Shown here piece after piece: positions 38,555 through 49,406 of a stretch of 64,000 nucleotides of DNA. A program made the position numbers and the translations under genes. Each line of letters begins with the position of its first letter. The first letter of the stretch is position 1. Origin of the DNA: Octopus sinensis (taxonomy: Eukaryota); NCBI RefSeq assembly GCF_006345805.1, contig NC_043025.1, forward strand, positions 7,130,001 to 7,194,000. The letters are read 5' to 3'. The notes beneath the pieces were generated by a model. The model was not told the origin of the DNA, did no database searches, and saw only the letters and a program-made list of their open reading frames with translations.

Positions 38555-38759
38555 TGGCGTAACTTGAACAAGGATGAGAAGGAGAAGTTTGAAGAGAAAG
38601 CCAAGAAGATTGCTGAGGAGCAAGCTGCAAAGCAAGAAGCTGCTGAGAAGGCCTTCAATGAATCCCTGAACCCACAGAGTCCCTGGTCTGACTACAGTCG
38701 AAGCATGTCCCCGGCAGCTGGTACAGCCGGCACCATGCCAAATGGACAACCAATACCGG
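38555..38759 (+). CDS. PBRM1: Polybromo-1 exon, HMG box C-half and linker
   Basis: ttgcag|TGG...G|gtaata. WRNLNKDEKEKFEEKAKKIAEEQ...GQPIP(G) is HMG helix 3. Confidence 0.95.
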
Positions 38760-39081
38760 GTAATATTTCTCTCTTTCTCTCTCTCTCGTCATTTGTGCGT
38801 CTGTGTGTCTGTGTTTAGTGTTCTGCGTCTGTTCCAAGGCATTGATGGGACTGCTGGGGGTAGGTGATGATTTGTGTGGGTGACACCGAATCTGTGTTGC
38901 TATTTGTTTTCATCGGGGGCATTTACAGGGATGATAGGTATGTTTGCAAGGGTTACTGATAGGGTTGGCTAAAACATTATGAATAGGGGTTGTTATTTTA
39001 ATGTTGTACTTGTAATTCTAGTGATAATGTGTGTGTATGTATATATACATACATACATATATATATATACACACACACACA

Positions 39082-39132
<51 letters not shown>

Positions 39133-39140
39133 TATATATA

Positions 39141-39193
<53 letters not shown>

Positions 39194-39283
39194 TATATAT
39201 AAAGTTAATCCAAACATGAAAACACAACAACGCGAAGACGTGGAACAAGTATCGTACTATTGGACGCTCGGGAAAGAAGGAGG

Positions 39284-39318
39284 GTTTAACGTTTCGAGCG
39301 GAGCTCTTCGTCAGAAAC
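39284..39318 (-). ncRNA. Minimal type I hammerhead motif in a (TA)n-embedded short repeat (~39200-39390)
   Basis: GTTT CTGACGA A GAGC-TCC-GCTC GAAA CG TT AAAC: 4-bp stem I, 4-bp stem II, palindromic AACGTT stem III. Confidence 0.68.
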
Positions 39319-39384
39319 ATAGGAAAAGGAAAGATCCAAATAAGGAAAGACGGAGGAAAAAAATCGCCAACGGTACACACGCAG

Positions 39385-39445
<61 letters not shown>

Positions 39446-39537
39446 TTATGCCTTTCCTAAAAAAGCCACTGTACACGCGTGTGTATTTTGTTGCATTAAA
39501 CTCAAGGATTACTCAACACTTTCTTGTACAGTGCATA

Positions 39538-40038
39538 TCTATATATATAAAACTGTAGTTGTGTGAGTGTCTGTCCCCTTCGATTTAAATTCCTAACTCC
39601 TCCCACATTTTGCAGTTTAACCAAATTCGGGTATCTTATAGTCGTGATTCATATCGAGCCCGTCTGACTATTAGCGCACGTCAACGATGAGTCTACGATT
39701 TAAAAAATAATTTAACATCATTTTTTATTCCATTTTAATGCATAAAATGCATCGTATGTCGATGGCGGCGGAGTTGGCGTCCACGCTCACAGCTGCACCT
39801 GTTTGCTTCGCCCCCTTCCCTCCCTCGTGAAGCTGTGGGGAAGGGAGTGTAAAGAAATCAACGTCGTAATGCGTTGTGAAGGAAACCAGCGTTCTTTTAG
39901 AAGAACAACTTCATGGCTTGAAGACACCAACACAAAAATGGCTAAGAAAGCCCGAATTTATAAGGGAAGTAACTCTCTAAAAATGCTTATATAGTTATTT
40001 CCCTTACAAACCCGAGCAACGCCGGGCGATACTGCTAG
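39538..40038 (+). mobile_element. Non-autonomous Helitron
   Basis: A|TCTATATATATAAAAC...CCCGAGCAACGCCGGGCGATACTGCTAG|T. Confidence 0.87.
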
Positions 40039-40133
40039 TATATTATAATTTTATAAGAAGATAGATGACAGTACCTTTGAAGTTTCAGCCGGCTATCCTT
40101 TGTTGGACTGTGTGTGTGCGCGCGCGCAGAGAT

Positions 40134-40541
40134 ACTCTTTACTCTTTTACTTGTTTCAGTCATTTGACTGCGGCCATGCTGGAGCACCGCCTTTAGTCGA
40201 GCAAATCGACCCCGGGACTTATTCTTTTTGTAAGCCCAGTACTTATTCTATCGGTCTCTTTTGCCGAACCGCTAAGTGACAGGGACGTAAACACACCAGC
40301 ATCGGTTGTCAAGGAATGTTGGGGGCACAGACACACAAACACGCACGCACACATATACATACATATATACATATATGCGATGGGCTTCTTTCGGTTTCCA
40401 TCTACCAAATCCACTCACAAGGCTTTGGTCGGCCCGAGGCTATAGTAGAAGACACTTACCCAGGGTGCCACGCAGTGGGACTGAACCCGGAACCATGTGG
40501 TTGGTAAACAAGCTACTTACCACACAGCCACTCCTGCGCCT
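40134..40541 (-). mobile_element. SINE A
   Basis: Full family A copy. Confidence 0.88.
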
Positions 40542-41032
40542 ATACATACATTCATAAATACACACACACACATATTTATTTAACCATGTGACTTCCATAG
40601 GGTTACAGCTGTTTCGCAACCTTTTCTCTGTGCTAGCTGTACAATTCTCTGAATCTATTTCCCTTGTTTTCGTATGTGTTGACCAATTGTAAAGTATGGC
40701 ATCACTGACAATGTCAGTTTGCCTCATCTGCTTGGTAAGAGGTGGATTTAGGGTTATTAAAATGCTGCTCCAAGGTACTCACCTCCTGACCCATGCAAAA
40801 TAGCAGGCGTTTGAGCCGGTAAAATCGTTAGCACAGTGGACAAAATGCTTAGCGGCATTTCGTCCTCCTCCACTTTCTGAGTTCAAATTCCTCTGGGTTC
40901 AACTTTGCCCTTCATCCTTGTGGGGTCAATAAATTAAGTACCAGTGAAATACTGGAGTCAATGTAATCAACTAGTCCCCTCACCCAAAATGTCAAGCCTT
41001 GTGCATATAGTAGAAAGGATTGTTATTATTAT

Positions 41033-42246
41033 TGAGTGAGAGAGCAGTGCGTGCCATCAAAGTGATACTGGAGTACAAATACACGAAGTCCAACATACCC
41101 ACCATGACTACCCATCTGAGAAGGGTACACCAAGCACATGCATTGCAACCGTATGTGCACGACATAGTGATCTCATATCAAGATAAACAGCAGATGACCT
41201 TGCAGGTGGGGCCCAGTTAGAATTTTCTTCAGGTAGAGTAGCCCATCCCGCTCAAAAGGTCCCTGAATAAGAGTCGTTGAAGGATGTTGAACGAAACACC
41301 CATGTTTCCAAAGGTGAATTATTCAAACCCCAAAGAATTCCTCTCAACACACGGCTATGATGCTCCCCCTCTACTTCTGCTCGTGATCAGAGATGCACAT
41401 ATCGTCAGCCACTAAGGGACATGTTCAACTGGTTATGGTCAAACAACTGACAAGCAAATCTGTGGTATAAAGCAGAATATTTGTTGTAGCCCATCTTTTA
41501 TACCAACACAAAACAGTGTACATGATAACACTTCCAAACAGTTAAGATCAGAAGCCATGAGAGCCACTGCCTGGTACTGCATCAGGGCATTAGCAAATCT
41601 GTGGTATTGAGCAGAATATTTGCTGTAGGCCATCTTTTATAACTGACAAAACAATGTACATGATAACACTTCCAATCAGTTCAGATCAGAAGCCATGAGA
41701 GCCACTGCCTGGAACTGCATCAGGGCATTAGCAAATCTGTGGTATTGAGCAGAATATTTGCTGTAGACCATCTTTTATACCAAGACAAAACAATGTACAT
41801 GATAACACTTCCAATCAGTTAAGACCAGAAGCCATGAGAGCCACTGCCTGGAACTGCATCGGGCATTAGCAAATCTGTGGTATTGAGCAGAATATTTGCT
41901 GTAGGCCATCTTTTGTACCAAGACAAAACAATGTACATGATAACACTTCCAATCAGTTAAGACCAGAAGCCATGAGAGCCACTGCCTGGAACTGCATCAG
42001 GGCATTAGCAAATCTGTGGTATTGAGCAGAATATTTGCTGTAGGCCATCTTTTATACCAAGACAAAACAATGTACATGATAACACTTCCAATCAGTTAAG
42101 ACCAGAAGCCATGAGAGCCACTGCCTGGAACTGCATCAGGGCATTAGCAAATCTGTGCTATTGAGCAGAATATTTGCTGTAGGCCATCTTTTATACCAAG
42201 ACAAAACAATGTACATGATAACACTTCCAATCAGTTAAGATCAGAA
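41033..42246 (-). mobile_element. (AAT)n-tailed retroelement family D with ~5.7 tandem 138-139-bp terminal monomers
   Basis: Body 41033-41450 is shared with the 52341 and 54587 copies. AGCAAATCTGTG starts at 41453, 41592, 41730, 41868, 42007 and 42146. Confidence 0.85.
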
Positions 42247-42824
42247 CTGACAGAATTGTAAGCATGCTGGATGAACTTTTTAGCAGTATTTCGCCTGACG
42301 TTACATTCTGGGTTCAAATTCTGCCATGGTTGACTTACCCTTTCATCCTTTTAAGGTCAATAAAATAAGTACCAGTTGAATACTGGGGTTGATGTATTCA
42401 ACTAGTCCCCCCCCCCAAATTTTAGGCCTTGTGCCTTTAGTAGACAAGATTATTATTATTATTATTATTATGTTTTGTGCGCAAGAATTTTATTGTTTTC
42501 TTTTATGATTTTTGCTTTGTCTTTATTTGTGTAAACTTTGAAAAAGAAAATTATTGATGTTGTTGTTATTATTATTATTATTATTATTGTGAAACTTGGC
42601 ATGTTTGTGATTATTAATTGTTATTTTCTTTTTCTTTCTTCTTTTCCACCTGTCCCTCGACCAACCTCCAATCCCTTCCATCACCACTACCTCCGCCCAA
42701 AATACTAATATTTCCCGACCCTTTTCCTCGATACCTCACCCCCCCCTGTCCTCCCTCCTTCCGTAACCCTTTTTTTTTTTCCTCCCCCCATCTTATTTTT
42801 GAAAAAAAAAAAAAAATTTTACAG

Positions 42825-42863
42825 GAAATTTCCAGAACCAGTTTGGATTCCAAGCCTTCCAAG
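42825..42863 (+). CDS. PBRM1: Probable 39-nt phase 1-1 microexon of polybromo-1
   Basis: ttttacag|GA...CAAG|gtcagc, set in unique pyrimidine-rich flanks. Reads (G)NFQNQFGFQAFQ(G) in frame between the 38555 and 58980 exons. Confidence 0.6.
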
Positions 42864-43132
42864 GTCAGCTCTCTTGCTACGTCTGCTCAGATACTCACCT
42901 CTTCTCTACTCAACTCTGCTCACTTACTCACACTCAGTTCACCTACTCACCTCCCTCTCTCTCTCTCTTTCTCTTGATATTTTTTTACTCACCTGTTTCA
43001 CTTATTCACACCTGCATCTGAGCCCCCACCTGCAATCACTTTTCCACACACACACTCACAACGCTCGCTCGCACACATAAGTGTAGGTGTGGCAGAATGG
43101 TTAAGAAGTTTGCCACCCAACTACTTTCTTTC

Positions 43133-43538
43133 TTTTTTCTTTTTACTTGTTTTAGTCATTTTGACTGTGGCCATGCTGGAGCACCGCCTTTAATCGAGCA
43201 ACTCGACCCCGGGACTTATTCTTTGTAAGCCCCAGTACTTATTCTATCGGTCTCTTTTGCCGAACCGCTAAGTGACGGGGACGTAAACACACCAGCATCA
43301 GTTGTCAAGCAATGCTAGGGGAACAAACACAGACACACAAACACATACACGCACATACATATATATATACATATATACGACAGGCTTCTTTCAGTTTCCG
43401 TCTACCAAATCCATTCACAAGGCTTTGGTCAGCCTGAGATTATAGTAGAAGACACTTGCCCAAGGTGCCACGTGGTGGGATTGAACCCGGAACCATGTGG
43501 TTGGTAAACAAACTACTTACCACACAGCCACTCCTACG
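43133..43538 (-). mobile_element. SINE A
   Basis: Full family A copy. Confidence 0.87.
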
Positions 43539-43671
43539 TGGCTTTAGGTTCAATCCCACTGTATGATGGCATTGCAGGCAAGTGTTTTCTGGTCTAGCCC
43601 TGGGACATGAGTGGATTTGCTTGTTGGAAACTGAAAGAAATTCATTTTATATCTATGTACGTGTGTGTGTA

Positions 43672-44005
43672 TCATCGTCATCGTCTAACGTCTGCTTTCC
43701 ATGCTAGCATGGGTTGGACGGTTCGACCGAGGGCTGGCAAACCAGGAGGCTACACCAGGCTCCAATCTGATCTGGCAATGTTTCTACAGCTGGATGCCCT
43801 TCCTAACACCAACCACTTCAAGAGTGTACTCGGTGCTTATGCTAATGAGGGCCCATTGCTTCATCATCATCATCATCATCATTGTTCGACCGTGGTCGAG
43901 ACAATGGAATTTACCATGCTACGCCAGACTTCACGGTCCATCATGGCATTACGGAGGTCCTGTTGCTGGATGCCTGTATCCCTGGAGATGACATCAGGGT
44001 AGGAG
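43672..44005 (-). mobile_element. SINE C fragment joined to an RTE 3' end
   Basis: 43860-44005 is the same RTE tail as 28899-29040. Confidence 0.75.
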
Positions 44006-44395
44006 AGTATCGCCCGGCGTTGCTTAGGTTTGTAAGGGAAATAACTATATAAGCATTTTTAGAGAGTTATAGCCAAAAAATAGCAAAAAAATGCATTAAA
44101 AATGGGAAAAAAATGATGGTAAATTTTTTTTTAAATCGTTGACTCATCGTAGACATTTTTAGAGTTACTTCCCTTATATAATTGCGAAAAAAATGCATTA
44201 AAATGGAAAAAAATAATGGTAAATTTTTTTTTTAACCGTAGACTCATCGTAGATGCGCACAAATAACCAGATGGGCTCGATATGAATCACGACTATAAGA
44301 TACCCGGTTTTGGTTAAACTGCACTGCAAAATGTGGGAGTAGTTAGGAATCTAAATCGTAGGAGACAGACACAACCTTACTTTTATATATAAAGA
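44006..44395 (-). mobile_element. Non-autonomous Helitron lacking the terminal CTAG
   Basis: 5' A|TCTTTATATATAAAAG. The 5' half resembles the 39538 copy and the 3' hairpin region is shared with the whole family. Confidence 0.75.
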
Positions 44396-44620
44396 TGATA
44401 TTTCAGCAATGATATAATAAAATGGTGATGAAACAATTGTAGCATGATGCAGTAAAATGTGTTGTTTGATCCATTGTCATTTGTGAATAATTTTATATAT
44501 ACACTGTGTGGATATTTGTGGATTTTCAGATCCATTTTCTGGAATACAATTTATATTTGCTGTAAAATCATGTCTGATAGCCAGTACCTGTAGGTTGGCT
44601 TTCTAAAGTTTATACCCTAA

Positions 44621-45004
44621 CTAGCAGTATCGCCCGGCATTGCTCAGGTTTGTAAGGGAAATAACTATAAAGCATTTTTAGAGAGTTATAGCCAAAAAAT
44701 AGCAAAAACAATGGAAAAAAATTATGGTAAATTTTTTTTGATAGTTAAAAAAGGTGGAGTTGCGTCCCCTACACAGTTGTGGTTTGTGTTCCTGATTCTC
44801 GACCCCGTGTCGAATTTATCGACTTTTTTCAGAACTGGGGGAACTTTTCAAAATTTTCGCTGCGTTAGTTTTGAATTATGACATTGGGCTATGTGTGTGT
44901 CAAGTTTCATCAGAATCGGTTGAAAGCCGTGGTCAGGGTGAGGGTACACACAGACAGACATACAGAAACACACACAGACAAACTGCCGTTTATATAGAGA
45001 GAGA
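44621..45004 (-). mobile_element. Non-autonomous Helitron (sister of 28264-28646)
   Basis: A|TCTCTCTCTATATAAACGGCAG...CTGCTAG|T. Confidence 0.87.
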
Positions 45005-45179
45005 TTGAATTGATGTATGTACAGTGTGTGTCCTTGTCTAGATATCATGTCCAAATTGCCCAGGCACATTTAAATCAAGCTGTTCGTTGTCACTGTTGAA
45101 TCAGAGTTAGTAAATTGCAATGACACATGGACACTGACAAAGTAATTATCAAGCTGGCTAAATGGATGCTATTTAAGGA

Positions 45180-45370
45180 TGCTATGAATGGCCCTAAATG
45201 TGAAATGGCAGCAACATATATGACAAATGAATGCCTGAATGGGAGACCTCTTGAAAGTTAGTGAGAAGATCAAGCAAAGATGGCTGTGGCTATCTGGTCA
45301 CTGTGTGTACCACCCTGGACCGGAAGCAACCAAATTAGTCTTGAGGAACCTTGTCTTGAGACAGCATTCA
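45180..45370 (+). mobile_element. RTE-like ORF2 remnant, apparently resuming at ~47040-47150
   Basis: LLKVSEKIKQR.L.LSGHCV.HP before the array and YIDNLIAEAGL after it. Confidence 0.55.
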
Positions 45371-45521
45371 CCCGGGGTGGGTTGAGCTGGCTTCATTCAT
45401 CCTCAACGCTACATCTCTCACAAACGCCGATCAGACCTGGCGATTTGAGGCTAATGACCGCGTGATCTCCAACCACTTCTTATTCCAGTGGGCAACGCCG
45501 TAGATATGGGGGCCTGGGTTT

Positions 45522-47019
45522 GGTTCCAGATCAGCCTTGACTGTCATCAGCCAGGTTTTTCGTTGTCCAGCACATCGCTTTCACCAACCCTGAAGGGGAG
45601 CTGGGGCAATTGCTTCGTAGGTTGGGTTCCAGATCAGCCTTGACTGTCATCAGCCAGGTTTTTCGTTGTCCACCACATCACTTTCGCCAACCCTGAAGGG
45701 GAGCTGGGGCAATTGCTTCGTAGGTTGGGTTCCAGATCAGCCTTGACTGTCATCAGCCAGGTTTTTCGTTGTCCAGCACATCGCTTTCACCAACCCTGAA
45801 GGGGAGCTGGGGCAATTGCTTCGTAGGTTGGGTTCCAGATCAGCCTTGACTGTCATCAGCCAGGTTTTTCGTTGTCCAGCACATCGCTTTCACCAACCCT
45901 GAAGGGGAGCTGGGGCAATTGCTTTGTAGGTTGGGTTCCAGATCAGCCTTGACTGTCATCAGCCAGGTTTTCGTTGTCCACCACATTGCTTTTGCCAATC
46001 CTGAAGGGGAGCTGGGGCAATTGCTTCGTAGGTTGGGTTCCAGATCAGCCTTGACTGTCATCAGCCAGGTTTTTCGTTGTCCACCACATCGCTTTCACCA
46101 ACCCTGAAGGGGAGCTGGGGCAATTGCTTCGTAGGTTGGGTTCCAGATCAGCCTTGACTGTCATCAGCCAGGTTTTTCGTTGTCCAGCACATCGCTTTCA
46201 CCAACCCTGAAGGGGAGCTGGGGCAATTGCTTTGTAGGTTGGGTTCCAGATCAGCCTTGACTGTCATCAGCCAGGTTTTCGTTGTCCACCACATTGCTTT
46301 TGCCAATCCTGAAGGGGAGCTGGGGCAATTGCTTTGTAGGTTGGGTTCCAGAACAGTCTTGACTGTCATCAGCCAGGTTTTCGTTGTCCACATTGCTTTC
46401 GCCAACCCTGAAGGGGAGCTGGGGCAATTGCTTTGTAGGTTGGGTTCCAGAACAGCCTTGACTGTCATCAGCCAGGTTTTCGTTGTCCACATTGCTTTCG
46501 CCAACCCTGAAGGGGAGCTGGGGCAATTGCTTTGTAGGTTGGGTTCCAGAACAGCCTTGACTGTCATCAGCCAGGTTTTCGTTGTCCACCACATTGCTTT
46601 CGCCAACCCTGAAGGGGAGCTGGGGCAATTGCTTTGTAGGTTGGGTTCCAGAACAGCCTTGACTGTCATCAGCCAGGTTTTCGTTGTCCACATTGCTTTT
46701 GCCAACCCTGAAGGGGAGCTGGGGCAATTGCTTTGTAGGTTGGGTTCCAGAACAGCCTTGACTGTCATCAGCCAGGTTTTCGTTGTCCACATCGCTTTCG
46801 CCAACCCTGAAGGGGAGCTGGGGCAATTGCTTTGTAGGTTGGGTTCCAGAACAGCCTTGACTGTCATCAGCCAGGTTTTTTCGTTGTCCACCACATCGCT
46901 TTCACCAACCCTGAAGGGGAGCTGGGGGCAATTGCTTCGTGGGTTGGGTTCCAGAATAGCCTTGACTGTCATCAGCCAGGTTTTCGTTGTCCACCACATC
47001 GCTTTTGCCAACCCTGAAG
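45522..47019. repeat. ~103-bp GC-balanced tandem array, ~14-15 units
   Basis: GGTTCCAGA(T/A)CAGCCTTGACTGTCATCAGCCAGG...GGGGCAATTGCTT(C/T)GTAGG at 45522, 45625, 45728 and onward to 46947. Confidence 0.95.
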
Positions 47020-47370
47020 GAACCGACTTTATGGTGATGTAAGAAAAGGAGAACATCGTTACATATTGACAACTTGATTGCAGAGGCTGGCCTGGAATGT
47101 ATCCAGGACCAAGAAGTGTGATGGGTGGACCCTGTTGCTGTGGCCACGGTTGGAATCAGGCCATAGTAAAATAATCACGCCATAGTCATGTCAGGGTCAT
47201 ATAAGGGATATTGTTTGCTTCCAGGTCCTCCGTTAAGACCGTGTCTGGCCATGGGGAAATATTGGAAAGAGGCGAAGGTCGGCAACAGGAAGTGCACCTG
47301 GTTGTAGAAAAAGTCTGTTGGACCCATGCAAGCATGGAAAAGTGGAAGTTAAATGATGATGATGCTGCTG

Positions 47371-47423
<53 letters not shown>

Positions 47424-47648
47424 CTTTGTGTCTCCTTGTTGACATCATTCCAGTTCTTGTAAACAAATGCCATCATCGTACACGATACCTTTCAATCAAA
47501 AACACTCACACACAGATGTGTATGTACTACACCACGTATGCATGTATGTGTATTTTCCTACCTACCAACTATCTAGTTCACCCATCTTACATATGTGTGT
47601 GTGTCTTCTTTCTCCTCCCCCTCTCTCTCTCTCTCATATATATATATG

Positions 47649-47683
<35 letters not shown>

Positions 47684-47798
47684 CAATTAAGGACAACTAC
47701 TTAATAGGAAAACTTAACAAGAAATTGTCAGGTAGAGGTAGCGTAAAAACCTCATACGAGAAAAAATTCGAAAATAATTATTTCTTATTGAACATATT

Positions 47799-47999
47799 AA
47801 TTTATATATAGAGGGCATTATACATACATGCCAGGAGGCATTCTACATACACGCCATACGCTAAGAGGGACAATCAGTCATTTTGCATTCGGTGGGATTA
47901 GTAATATTTTTGGTAGAAATGACTGATTGTCCCTCTTAGCGTATGGCGTGTATGAGAATGCCTCCTGGCATGTATGTTAATGCCCTCTATATATAAATT
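47799..47999. repeat. Near-perfect palindrome (83-bp arms, ~34-bp loop) in (TA)n; MITE-like
   Basis: 47799-47883 is the reverse complement of 47917-47999 with 2-3 differences. Confidence 0.9.
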
Positions 48000-48464
48000 A
48001 TATATATATATATATATATATAAATATTATATAAAATTAGAGATAAAACCACTATTAGGCAAATCAAACAGTGAAAATCATAAGCCAATACATAAAATTA
48101 ATTTTTAAAAATATATAAAAAATATAAAATATAAAATTCCAAATTAAAATATTTAAATCAAAGTTAAGATTTTAAAAAATTATTTAAATTAATAATTTAA
48201 ACTTATAAATTTTAAATATATATATATATTTTATAGATTTTTCACTTAGCGGTTCGGCAAAAGAGACCGATAGAATAAGTACTGGGCTTACAAAAAGAAT
48301 AAATCCCGGGGGTTGAGTTGCTCGACTAAAGGCGGTGCTCCAGCATGGCCGCAGTCAAATGACTGAAACAAGTAAAAGAGTATATATGTATATATAATAA
48401 ACACACACACACACATAGTTTGTCTTTCTGTCCATTTGTCTATCTACCTATTGAATGCTCTCTG

Positions 48465-48495
<31 letters not shown>

Positions 48496-48497
48496 CT

Positions 48498-48545
<48 letters not shown>

Positions 48546-48659
48546 TACATAAATGTGTGTGTGTATATATGTATATATACAGTCTGCCAAAAATAAATGT
48601 ATACACAATTCAGGAAAGAAAAAGAAAAATCTGTGTAAATATTTAACTTGTATAAGGGT

Positions 48660-48975
48660 AAAGACCCCCTTCGGTCATGAATGACCATGGGATTGCACCT
48701 AGAAAGTTACCCTCCTAGACACAAGTCCGGGCAAGGTTGTTTATGGAAGACCAGCAGTCGCCCATGTATACCAGCCTCCCCTCTCCGCGCCACCAGTGTT
48801 ATCCAAGGGAAAGACAAAGGGGTCGATACAGCTTGGGGACCTGTGACGTCGCAACTCATTTCTACAGCTGAGTGAACTGGAGCAACGTGAAATAAAGTGC
48901 CTTGCTCAAGAACACAACACGCAGTCCGGTCTGGGATTCGAGCTCACAACCTCACGATCGTAAGCTCGACGCTTG
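48660..48975 (-). mobile_element. SINE family E
   Basis: Reverse complement of the 36168-36510 family. Confidence 0.78.
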
Positions 48976-49053
48976 TATAAGTAGTCCTATAGATATAGGT
49001 ACTTCTTTTAATGTTTTATTATCAAACTGCGATATCACACTGAATTAAGATAT

Positions 49054-49406
49054 ACTCTTTACTCTTTACTCTTTTACTTGTTTCAGTCATTTTGACTGCG
49101 GCCATGCTGGAGCACCACCTTTTAGTACTTATTCTATCGGTCTCTTTTTGCCGAACCGCTAAGTGACGGGGGACCTAAACACACCAGCAATGCTAGGGGG
49201 ACAAACACAGACACACAAACACACACATACATATATATATACATATATACGACAGGCTTCTTTCAGTTTCTGTCTACCAAATCCACTCACAAAGCATTGG
49301 TCGGCCCGGGGCTATAGCAGAAGACACTTGCCCAAGGTGCCACGCAGTGGGACTGAACCCGCAACCGTGTGGTTGGTTAGCAAGCTACTTACCACACAGC
49401 CACTCC
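49054..49406 (-). mobile_element. SINE A with internal deletions
   Basis: Family A head and tail. Confidence 0.85.

Noticed and set aside
37643-38630. Repeat-protein ORFs (GAFYVPPAQGPDEAGKRPRSD)n and their antisense equivalents
   Set aside because: A 63-bp SINE-internal VNTR that is open in several frames on both strands. No splice or homology support.
46148-47056. 270-300-aa repeat ORFs
   Set aside because: Product of the ~103-bp array. Frames shift with unit indels.
47745-47785. TACGA-GAA(AAAA)TTC-GAAA hammerhead-like string
   Set aside because: It lacks CTGA and any stem I, so it is too degenerate to call.
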